Positions 10,801 through 20,500 of a stretch of 64,000 nt of DNA are shown in pieces (the first letter of the stretch is position 1; each line of letters begins with the position of its first letter). Below the pieces are notes generated by a model, which was given only the letters and a program-made list of their open reading frames with translations, made no database searches and was not told the DNA's origin. The stretch is from Macrostomum hystrix (taxonomy: Eukaryota; Animalia; Platyhelminthes), in contig CATNEN010000003.1 of assembly GCA_950097015.1 (NCBI GenBank), positions 11,718,001 to 11,782,000 on the forward strand. Reading direction: 5' to 3'. The position numbers and the translations under genes are program-made.

Positions 10801-12615
10801 GAAGAGAAGAGGAGAAGAGAAGAGAAGAGAAGAGAAGAGAAGAGGAAGAGAAGAGAAGAGGAAGAAGAAGAGAAGAGAAGAGGAGAGGAGAGGAGAAGAG
10901 AAGCGAAGAGAAGAGAAGAGAAGAAGAGAAGAGAAGAGAAGAGAAGAGGAAGAGAAGAGGAGAAGAGAAGAGAAGAAGAGAAGAGAAGAGAAGAGGAGAA
11001 GAAAAGAAGAGAAGAGGAGAAGAGAAGAGAAGAGAAGAGAAGAGAAGAGAAGAGAAGAGAAGAGAAGAGGAGAAGAGAAGAGAAGAAGAGAAGAGGAGAA
11101 GAGAAGAGAAGAGAAGAGAAGAAGAGAAGAGAAGAGAAGAGAAGAGAAGAGGAAGAAGAAGAGAAGAGAAGAGAAGAGGAAGAAGAAGAGAAGAGAAGAG
11201 GAGAGGAGAGGAGAAGAGAAGCGAAGAGAAGAGAAGAGAAGAGGAAGAGAAGAGGAGAGGAGAAGAGAAGAGAAGAGAAGAGAAGAGAAGAGAAGAGAAG
11301 AGAAGAGAAGAGAAGAGGAGAAGAGAAGAAGAGAAGAGGAGAAGAGAAGAGAAGAGAGGAGAAAAGGAGAAGAGAAGAGGAGAAGAGAAGAGGAGAAGAG
11401 AAGAGAAGAGGAGAAGAGAAGAGAAGAAGAGAAGAGAAGAAGAGAAGAGAAGAGAAGAGGAGAAGAAAAGAAGAGAAGAGGAGAAGAGAAGAGAAGAGAA
11501 GAGAAGAGAAGAGAAGAGAAGAGAAGAGAAGAGGAGAAGAGAAGAAGAGAAGAGGAGAAGAGAAGAGAAGAGAAGAGAAGAGGAGAAGAGAAGAAGAGAA
11601 GAGGAGAAGAGAAGAGAAGAGAAGAGAAGAAGAGAAGAGAAGAGAAGAGAAGAGAAGAGGAAGAAGAAGAGAAGAGAAGAGAAGAGGAAGAAGAAGAGAA
11701 GAGAAGAGGAGAGGAGAGGAGAAGAGAAGCGAAGAGAAGAGAAGAGAAGAGGAAGAGAAGAGGAGAGGAGAAGAGAAGAGAAGAGAAGAGAAGAGAAGAG
11801 AAGAGAAGAGAAGAGAAGAGAAGAGAAGAGGAGAAGAGAAGAAGAGAAGAGGAGAAGAGAAGAGAAGAGAGGAGAAAAGGAGAAGAGAAGAGGAGAAGAG
11901 AAGAGGAGAAGAGAAGAGAAGAGGAGAAGAGAAGAGAATTGAAGAGGAGAAGAGAGGAGAAAAGGAGAAGAGAAGAGGAGAAGAGAAGAGGAGAAGAGAA
12001 GAGAAGAGGAGAAGAGAAGAGAAGAAGAGAGGAGAAGAGAAAAGGAGAAGAAAAGAAGAGAAGAGGAGAAGAGAAGAGAAGAAGAGAAGAGAAGAGAAGA
12101 GGAGAAGAAAAGAAGAGAAGAGGAGAAGAGAAGAGAAGAGAAGAGAAGAGAAGAGAAGAGAAGAGAAGAGGAGAAGAGAAGAAGAGAAGAGAAGAAGAGA
12201 AGAGAAGAGAAGAGAAGAGAAGAGAAGAGAAGAAGAGAAGAGAAGAGGAAGAAGAAGAGAAGAGAAGAGAAGAGGAAGAAGAAGAGAAGAGAAGAGAAGA
12301 GGAGAAGAGAAGAGAAGAGAAGAGAAGAGAAGAGAAGAGAAGAGAAGAGAAGAGAAGAGAAGAGAAGAGGAGAAGAGAAGAAGAGAAGAGGAGAAGAGAA
12401 GAGAAGAGGAAGAGAAGAGAAGAGGAGAGGAGAGGAGAAGAGAAGCGAAGAGAAGAGAAGAGAAGAGGAAGAAGAAGAGAAGAGAAGAGAAGAGGAGAGG
12501 AGAAGAGAAGCGAAGAGAAGAGAAGAGAAGAGGAAGAGAAGAGGAGAGGAGAAGAGAAGAGAAGAGAAGAGAAGAGAAGAGAAGAGAAGAGAAGAGAAGA
12601 GAAGAGAAGAGGAGA
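4842..12615. repeat. 7.8-kb homopurine/homopyrimidine satellite, (GAAGA)n with GGAGA/GAA variants and higher-order blocks
   Basis: Almost exclusively A/G on the + strand. Rare marker variants (gagaatt, gaagcgaa) recur in repeated contexts. Confidence 0.98.
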
Positions 12616-12714
12616 CGATTATTTTAGGGCTGAGGTTGGGGCGGAGCAGCAGCTGAGCAGCCCCGATCCCCACCGGCAGGTCATCGTTGAAATTCCCGCA
12701 TTTTAAGATGGATA

Positions 12715-12958
12715 TGTGGCGCCGTCGGTCTATCGCGGCCAGGCGCATTGATTGCCTGAGCGTGGGCGGGCGCGGGGCCGCCAATGTCATTTAACTCTTC
12801 GCTAACTTATTTATGTACATGCCTAGCCACCACTCAATAATATCGCACGTTGTACTTGTGTTTCGCGTTCTATATAAGTGATGTGACTGATGCACAAATA
12901 TAATTATCATGTTCGCTCCAAACTAACAAACATAAGAGTCTCTCTAAACGACGCGACA
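12715..12958 (+). repeat. 5' LTR (244 bp)
   Basis: Direct repeat of 16720-16977 with TGT/ACA termini; contains TATATAA. Confidence 0.95.
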
Positions 12959-15900
12959 ATGGCATCGCGAGCAGACGACCTGCCGCTGGACGACCCCGCA
13001 ACGACGGAGGCCTGGTTGAGGAGCTTCGCCGCCCTGAGCCGCAATAAGAAAATGAAGGACACGGCAGAGGAGAGACAGGTGACGGACTTGTTCCTTGCCA
13101 GGGCAGGCGTAAGCGCAGTTCGTGTTATAAGTGTGATGGCGAGACCAAAAGAGCTGGAGGAGATGAACTTCGAGGACATCAGAAAGCTGATCTTGGAAAA
13201 GGTTCGCCCAAAGAAGAAGCTGATCATTGCCGAGCGCTCTCGGTTTTTGTCCCTGCGCCAAGAAGCAACTGAGTCAGCACAAAATTTCGCCCAGAGACTT
13301 CGAGATGCCGCTCGCTTCTGCGAGTTCGACAAGCTGAACGCCGAAGACAGCAAACAGTCAGCAGAGGACGAGCTCATTCAGACAATGCTGGTCAGTGGCC
13401 TACACAATGCACAGCATCGCAGCAAAATTCTTGAGCACATCCAGAGCTCACAGCAACAGGTGACGCTCGAAAACAGCGTGGAGTTTGTCCAGCAATACAG
13501 CGGAGCAGAGAGACAGAAGGCACCGGAGCCAGCGACGATCGAGCCGGCGTCCATCGCCAGCGTGGACAAAAACCGTGGGGGCCCGAAGACCGCCTGCAAA
13601 GCCTGCGGCCTACAGCACCAGCCTGACCGCTGCCCAGCTTGGGGCAAAACCTGCAACAAGTGCCGCAAGCGAAACCATTTCGCGGTCGTGTGCAGATCCG
13701 GGACCAAGGCAGCGCATGAAGTCACGGAAACAGCTGGGGCCGACACCGTCTTCACAGTCAGCAGCACTCATCAGCAGAAGACCAGCAGCCTGAAGACAGT
13801 GCTGATCGAGGGTCAACGCATGGAGATGCAGCTGGACTCCGGCTCTGATGCCAGCATCATCCCGAGAAATTTCTGGCAGCAACGGGGTGAGCCGAAGTTG
13901 CGGAAATGCCCCCGGCAACTCAGGCAGTTCGACGGATCAGCCATCAAAACTCTCGGCAGCTTCACAGCGGCTGTCGAGCTAGAAGACAAGGTCGCCTGTG
14001 TGGACATCATCGTTGCGGCCTGCAACAAGACACACGGTCTGCTGGGCACCGACTTGCTGCAGTTCGACCTGGACGGCGTGTCCCTGCACAACGTCGAGGA
14101 AGCACCGGCAGTCACGCTAGGAAAGCTTCGCGGATTCCGGGCCCGCATCGTTCTGAAGGATCAGGCCCGGCCTAGCTACTTCGAGGCTCGACCTGTCCCG
14201 ATCCACCTGAAACCGCTGGTCATCGCTAAGCTCAGGAAGCTGATCAATGCCGGAATCCTGGAGACTGTCCGCCCCGGAGGCAGCCAGTGGGCATCCCCTA
14301 TCGTCATCGTGAGGAAACCGGACGGCGACTTGCGGATCTGCGCCAACTACAAAGTGAGTGTGAACCCGCAAATTTGCGCAGACTCGTACCCGATCCCGAA
14401 CATCGAGACAGCCTTTACAGAGCTGTCAGGGATGTCCCACTTCGCCACGGTTGACCTTACGAACGCCTACAACCAGATCGAGCTGGACGAGTCGGCCAGG
14501 GAAATCCTCACCATCAACACCCCGATCGATTTGCTGCGCTGGACGAGGATGCCTTACGGCGTGAAAACTGCGAGCGTGCAGTTCCAAGCTGCCATGGAAG
14601 CCACGATCGGCGGTCTGGTGACGAACCTGGTGATCTATCAGGACGATGTCTGCATCGGCGCCCGGACAGCAGCTGAACTGGACGCAAAAGTCGAACAACT
14701 GCTAGCCAAGCTGAGCAAGTCAGGGATGGAGATCAACGAGAAAAAGTGCGTCTTCAGGAGCACCGAAATATCCTTTCTGGGATACCGAATCTCTGCTGAA
14801 GGCATCCGGCCGGACACCAAGCTGGTGGAGAAAGTGCTGCAAACCAAAGCGCCAACGTGTCGGAAGGAACTGGAGTCATTCCTAGGGCTGACGAACTACT
14901 ACACCCGCTACATCCAGGCCTACTCCGAGCGAGTCGAGCCGCTGACTGCCTTAAGGAGTCGCCAGACACCGTTCAAATGGGGCCCGAACCAGCAGAAGGC
15001 GTTCGACGAACTTAAACGGGCGCTGGCGGCCTATCTGGTGATTCGGATCTTCGACCCGACGAAGCGCACGACTCTGACTACGGACGCTAGTGAGAAGGCG
15101 GTTTCAGCCATCCTCACGCAAGACGGCCATCCAGTGCTCTACCTCTCCCGGCGGCTGACGGCAGCCGAGAAAAACTATTCCAACATCGAGAGGGAGGCTC
15201 TGGCCATCGTGTGGGCGACACAGCGAGCGAGGCACTTTCTGCTGGGAGCGAAGTTCACGCTAAACTGCGATCATCAGCCGCTCGAGTTCATCTTCAGTCC
15301 GTCGAAGGAGCTGCCAAAGGTGACATCGGCCAGGATCATGCGCTGGGCTATCCAGTTGGCTGCATTCGACTACGACATTGTCTATGTTCGTGGCAGTTGC
15401 ATTCCACACGTCGATGCTATGTCCAGACTGGAGTTTGAGGACTCGTTCGAAAATCCTAAAGAGGAGGTGAGTCGCTTCGTTCATTGGACTGAGACTGACG
15501 TGCTGAAACGAAACGAAATTCAACAGGCGACTGACACTGACCCGGTGCTACGGAGCATCCGACAGCGAATCAAGAACAACGTCTGGAGCAACTGCTCGGC
15601 GGCAGAACGGCCGTACAAGAGTGTCCTGCAACAACTGACGGTGGAAGATGACATCATCTGTCTGGGTGACCTGATCGTGCCTCCGGCAGGGCTGCGCTCT
15701 CGAGTCCTTCAAATGGCGCATGGAGACTCCCACAGCGGAGCGTTGGCGACACGAAACCGGTTAAAGAGAGAAGCCTGGTGGCCCGGACACTGCGACGATG
15801 TGGAACGCTACGTCAAGCAATGCGCAAAATGCACGGAGATCCGGACTCCACCGGCTCGCGCCACCCACACCTGGCCCGCGGAAAGCACCGCATGGCAACG

Positions 15901-16711
15901 AGTGCACATGGACCACGCGCACATGCCTGGTGTCGGCTATCTGTTGATCGTCGTGGACGCGTTTTCTGGCTGGCCGGAGGCGGTTCGTGTACCAGACCGG
16001 AGCGCCCAGACAACTTTGCGCACTCTGCGGGCCATCTTCTCCAGGCTGGGTGTCCCGTGCACGCTGGTCTCGGACAACGCGGCCGAATTCTGTGACGGCG
16101 AGCTGCGCGACTGGCTGCGGAGAATCGGCTGCTCGCAGATACACTCACCACCGTACCACCCGGAGTCCAACGGCCTAGCAGAGCGGATGGTCCAGACTGT
16201 CAAACGGGGTCTGGTGGCGTTTCCGGTGCATCGCGGATCTTTTGATGCGTATCTGACCAAGCTGCTGCTGAACTACAGGGCGACTCCAAGGAGCGACGGC
16301 CGAGGCAGTCCGTCAGCGCTGATGGGCAGACAACTGAGGAGCCCACTGACCCTGACGTTCAGTGTCGATGCGCCTGTCATCTACCAGGCTCGTGCCAGCA
16401 GCCCTACGGAGTCTGCGCGTTTCGTGGTACAGGCTGGGCACAACACCACCGTGGTCACCCGAGAGGATGGTCAGCCGGTGCTCGCTCATCGGGATCAGAT
16501 CCGCCCACTACCTGACGGCAGTGAGCAACCAGCTGGTGACTTGCCTGGGAGGGACGAGGGAGGAAAAGATTCCGCCTCCGATGTGGCTTCACTCCCAGGT
16601 TCTGAGGTGCAGGACGGTCCAGCTGGCAGCTTTCAGACAAATGCAACTCCGGTGCCCAGACGAAGTGAGCGCAGCAACAAGGGTGTACTCGATCGTCTGG
16701 TCCTCCGTTGA
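12959..16711 (+). CDS. Gag-Pol polyprotein (Gag with double Cys/His knuckle, protease, RT, RNase H, integrase)
   Basis: CKACGLQH...CPA...CNKCRKRNHFAVVC (Gag); LDSGS (protease); YQDD (RT); TDAS...EREALA (RNase H); HHCC plus HMD...SDNA...GLAERMV (integrase). Gypsy domain order, no stops or frameshifts. Confidence 0.96.
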   Translation: MASRADDLPLDDPATTEAWLRSFAALSRNKKMKDTAEERQVTDLFLARAGVSAVRVISVMARPKELEEMNFEDIRKLILEKVRPKKKLIIAERSRFLSLRQEATESAQNFAQRLRDAARFCEFDKLNAEDSKQSAEDELIQTMLVSGLHNAQHRSKILEHIQSSQQQVTLENSVEFVQQYSGAERQKAPEPATIEPASIASVDKNRGGPKTACKACGLQHQPDRCPAWGKTCNKCRKRNHFAVVCRSGTKAAHEVTETAGADTVFTVSSTHQQKTSSLKTVLIEGQRMEMQLDSGSDASIIPRNFWQQRGEPKLRKCPRQLRQFDGSAIKTLGSFTAAVELEDKVACVDIIVAACNKTHGLLGTDLLQFDLDGVSLHNVEEAPAVTLGKLRGFRARIVLKDQARPSYFEARPVPIHLKPLVIAKLRKLINAGILETVRPGGSQWASPIVIVRKPDGDLRICANYKVSVNPQICADSYPIPNIETAFTELSGMSHFATVDLTNAYNQIELDESAREILTINTPIDLLRWTRMPYGVKTASVQFQAAMEATIGGLVTNLVIYQDDVCIGARTAAELDAKVEQLLAKLSKSGMEINEKKCVFRSTEISFLGYRISAEGIRPDTKLVEKVLQTKAPTCRKELESFLGLTNYYTRYIQAYSERVEPLTALRSRQTPFKWGPNQQKAFDELKRALAAYLVIRIFDPTKRTTLTTDASEKAVSAILTQDGHPVLYLSRRLTAAEKNYSNIEREALAIVWATQRARHFLLGAKFTLNCDHQPLEFIFSPSKELPKVTSARIMRWAIQLAAFDYDIVYVRGSCIPHVDAMSRLEFEDSFENPKEEVSRFVHWTETDVLKRNEIQQATDTDPVLRSIRQRIKNNVWSNCSAAERPYKSVLQQLTVEDDIICLGDLIVPPAGLRSRVLQMAHGDSHSGALATRNRLKREAWWPGHCDDVERYVKQCAKCTEIRTPPARATHTWPAESTAWQRVHMDHAHMPGVGYLLIVVDAFSGWPEAVRVPDRSAQTTLRTLRAIFSRLGVPCTLVSDNAAEFCDGELRDWLRRIGCSQIHSPPYHPESNGLAERMVQTVKRGLVAFPVHRGSFDAYLTKLLLNYRATPRSDGRGSPSALMGRQLRSPLTLTFSVDAPVIYQARASSPTESARFVVQAGHNTTVVTREDGQPVLAHRDQIRPLPDGSEQPAGDLPGRDEGGKDSASDVASLPGSEVQDGPAGSFQTNATPVPRRSERSNKGVLDRLVLR

Positions 16712-16719
16712 CGGGGATA

Positions 16720-16977
16720 TGTGGCGCCGTCGGTCTATCGCGGCCAGGCGCATTGATAGCCTGAGCGTGGGCGGGCGCGGGGCCGCCAATGTCCTTTATC
16801 TCTTCGCTAACTTATTAATGTACATGCCTAGTGCGTGGCACGTTGCCACCACTCAATAATATCGCACGTTGTACTTGTGTATCGCGTTCTATATAAGTGA
16901 TGTGACTGATGCACAAATATAATTATCATGTTCGCTCCAAACTATCAAACATAAGAGTCTCTCTAAACGACACGACA
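16720..16977 (+). repeat. 3' LTR (258 bp)
   Basis: Matches the 5' LTR apart from about 7 substitutions and a 14-bp indel. Confidence 0.95.
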
Positions 16978-17324
16978 GGATGATCGCGGCCTACTGTATT
17001 TATTTAGTTATAAGTTCACTTTCCCTCTCTTCCGAACCGCGATCATATTTCAAGATCATTCAGGCGCATCATTCGGGCGCCATTAGTCCTTCATGTCCCC
17101 GCCTCTTTAGTGTATTCGAGCTCATGCTCACCTTTATGACTTCCCCCTTTAGATACATGTAATGACACTATAGATATTGTTGGCAGCGGCGCTTCCCACT
17201 TGTCTGGCAGGATGGTTGGTCGTTTGCCATCGGTTGTCTGCAAAGACATCTGGCGTTTCTCAGCCGCTTGTCCTGTGGAAAGTCAGTGTGGCTACACTCG
17301 ATTCCGGGTGTTCCTGCGATCTCT

Positions 17325-17558
17325 CTAGCCTCGCTTAGGGTAGGCGCAGATCAATAGATTTCCGGCCTATGGGATGAGGGACTAGCCTCGCTTAGGGTAG
17401 GCGCAGATCAATAGATTTCCGGCCTATGGGATGAGGGACTAGCCTCGCTTAGGGTAGGCGCAGATCAATAGATTTCCGGCCTATGGGATGAGGGACTAGC
17501 CTCGCTTAGGGTAGGCGCAGATCAATAGATTTCCGGCCTATGGGATGAGGGACTAGCC
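17325..17558. repeat. Four perfect tandem copies of a 57-bp unit
   Basis: ctagcctcgcttagggtaggcgcagatcaatagatttccggcctatgggatgaggga starts at 17325, 17382, 17439 and 17496. Confidence 0.97.
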
Positions 17559-20500
17559 AAGCCTGAGGGCCAATAGGACCACTCCCTTCTCCCACTGTCA
17601 TGTGGAGCCTTTTTCCTGAGCTTCTCTCCCCTGTCCCCTTCCCCTGACTGCTCCCCCGCGCAGTCCCTCTACCCCTTCCCTCTCCCATGCCCCCTTCCCC
17701 CTCCTCCTACCCCCTCTCAACTTTCTCCCTTCCTCTTCCTTCTGCCCCAGCACTGGCTAGTATAGAGTCCTTTAGTCCATTATCTGCTCTGCCAGTGCCC
17801 AGCTAAATTATCAGTGATGATCCGGCGGGTGAGGATTAATCGGCAGTCAAGAGACTCCGCCGCTCTTTTAGTCCAAGCACTCGCTTCAATATTTGGTATT
17901 GTAAGGTTTCTGAACCACCAAAAAGTTCAAACGAAGTTTTTCGTGTGAGACCTCTGCTGGTTAAAAGTATTATTACTTTTTCATTAAGTGCTATACTGTA
18001 CGCGTGAGCACGTTGTCAATTTATTACCTGCCTAGCCTAGCCAGTATGTACAATTGATGCCAACGTGCTAATAAAATTATATATATATGACCCGCGTCGC
18101 GTACCTTTCTGACAACTCAACTGCTGAGTGATTCACTGAATTCCTCACATTTTGGCTTAAATAGACGTACTTTTGCTATTGTTACTTGTGCAGACTTTTC
18201 CGAAGTACTTTTAACGTAATTGTTAAACCACTAACCCACTACTCTTTGCGCTGTACATCAAAGAGATACTTGACTACTGACTGCACCGATTTGGCGAAGG
18301 AATGGCGGACGGAGTCGACGCCGATGACATGCAGTCCGTGTGGAGATGCCCATTGGCCTCCCTGATGAACGCGCCCTGAAGCAATCGGCTGACAACCCGC
18401 TGCTCACGTGTGCTGCCAATGACATCACGCGCCGCGTCTGCAGAGCAGGTGTGAAAAGACGTTCAGCATCTGCAACGCTGTGGGCTGAGTGGCTACCCGA
18501 GCGAGCCCATCGCATGCGGACTGAAGGAGCGACGAAGAACGTTATCTGTCGCCGAGCTTTGGTTGGCCATTACTAAAGCCCCCATCTCATCGCTCTTTTG
18601 TCTCATTTCTCTCTTGTCTCCTCTCTCCCGTGTCTCATCGCTCCCCTGTCTCATCTTCCCATCTCATCTCTCCTGTGGCTCATCTCTTCAGTGTCTTGTC
18701 TCTCCGCTATCTTTTTTTCTGTCTCATTTTCCCCCATTATTTTCTCATTCTCATTTTCTCTTTAAGTTTCCTGTCTTTATCTTTTTCTTGTCATATCTCT
18801 CTCCTGTCTTATGTCTCCCTGGATCTGAAGTCTCATATTATATCCGATCCCTAATTTATCTTATTCATATCTTCTGTCTGTAGATAAGGTTTTACCGGAG
18901 GGTGTGACTCTCGCCTACCCACTGAGTTTTTTGATCGACCGCCCTGCATGCAGCTAAGTAAAGTCAAGTCTCTGTCTGACTCTCTTTTGTTTCGTTTTTA
19001 TTCTCTACACCTAATATAAACCAGCAGCTAGCGCATTTTGCTTTTCGCATGTTCCCGCGGGGCACAACTTATTCAAACTCTGCTTTAATTTTTTAAATTG
19101 CAGAACATGTAGCATGTAGTTCCTGTCCCGCCCTGCAGTTGGGAGAAAAATTGTACTCTACTTGCGTCTATAATTGCGTCTACTGCTTCTTAATTTTAAG
19201 TTAAAAGAGGACATGATTGCTTTCTCTAAACTTATTTTAAATAGAGAGACAGAGGGACTATTGACTATTACATAACTAGAACCGATAGTTAAGCAACGCA
19301 TACTAACTAGTCGCACAATATAATAAGGGTGGTATTGTTAATATGGCAAGAAAGTACAAGTATTTACAATAATATAAAAAAATATAAAGCTAGAAAGCAA
19401 AATAATTGGGTTTACAAGCACTGCGATTAAATGTAAAATTCTTATTTAAATATATATCTGGCAATTGGTTTTACTTTAGATATTTTCTGCACACAAGGGC
19501 TTTTTACATTTGTTTTAAACTTTGTCGTCTTCGAACTACAAAATAGTGATTTTTCAATTGTCACTGAAAGCACGTCTAGAATTCCAACGACACAAAAATA
19601 AAGGTGACCGATATTTTTTCTTTGTTTTATATCCTTATTGTGTATAACACAATTGAATAATCTAATTTGGCTGCACTGGGTTTATATGTATTATTAAAGA
19701 GTTTCATTGATTACTGTAGGTTTTCTTACGTTTTATAATGCTTATTTACTTATGGTTTTAATTTTAGTATTTATTTTATATTAGAAACTAGAACTATTCA
19801 ATCAAGTATACAGAAAATTTTAACTCTTGCTCATTTAATTGAAGTAATAGTTTTCTATTAATTAATCGATCTAGATATGTTCTAGATTTGATTGATCTAG
19901 GCCTGATGACCAATTGTTTATGTATTTTTACAATTAACTATTTATAAAAGTTTTCTCTTAAAAAAATAAACCTTTATCACATTTTAGGCTTATGTCTAAG
20001 TATTAAGATTTAAATGAAATTAAAATTAATTCATTTTTGTTGTAAAGTTACTTTAAGTACATTACTAAACCTAGTGCCTACTAAAGCTAGGGGCCTATTG
20101 GTAGGGCCCAAATATCTTCATACATGACATGGTATTACATGATATATTGCATCTATATAGTAATAAATATTAATTAGATACAATAACTTACAATACCAGA
20201 TAACACTGTTATTCCTGCTAATGACATGAGACAATATAATAGAGTAGAGTCAGGCAGAGACTTGACTATACTTATCTGCAAGACAACACACTCCATCTCA
20301 CTCCTATCTCTAGCAAGCCCATTGTTGTTTAATTGCTTTCTTTATGCTTCAAGAAAATTTGAAATTTTATAATTTCAAATTTAGAAGCAGGGGTCCATTA
20401 TTGGCTTTGTTTTTAGTATAGGTAAACTAAAGACACTATACTGAGTGACTTATTTATCTGTGCAACTAATAGGGCCTAGTAATATGAAACCTTGCTGCCA

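Larger units (their letters stand above)
12715..16977 (+). mobile_element. Full-length Ty3/Gypsy LTR retrotransposon (Mag-like), 4263 bp
   Basis: TGT...ACA LTRs at 12715-12958 and 16720-16977, PBS-like TGGCATCGCG at 12960, short purine tract GGGGATA before the 3' LTR, flanks GGATA/GGATG (imperfect 5-bp TSD) and a single gag-pol ORF. Confidence 0.97.

Noticed and set aside
4821-12661. 14-bp imperfect inverted repeat (gctgctgagctgct / agcagctgagcagc) flanking the GA satellite
   Set aside because: Low-complexity CAG-rich match, no TSD, unequal distances from the array; probably chance.
4818-12790. Very long ORFs (2540 aa L/F/S-rich; 670-730 aa R/E/K-rich)
   Set aside because: Artefacts of a purine-only satellite that almost cannot encode stop codons; no protein features.
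12907-16859. Many short antisense and alternative-frame ORFs within the Gypsy element
   Set aside because: Shadow ORFs of a GC-rich coding sequence.
17325-17558. CRISPR-like appearance of the 57-bp repeats and other regular arrays
   Set aside because: Units are directly tandem with no unique spacers, there are no cas genes, and the context is eukaryotic.
18290-18580. GC-rich stretch with short ORFs and a CTGATGA motif (possible exon or hammerhead ribozyme)
   Set aside because: No recognisable protein motif, and no stem II plus GAAA core could be built by eye.
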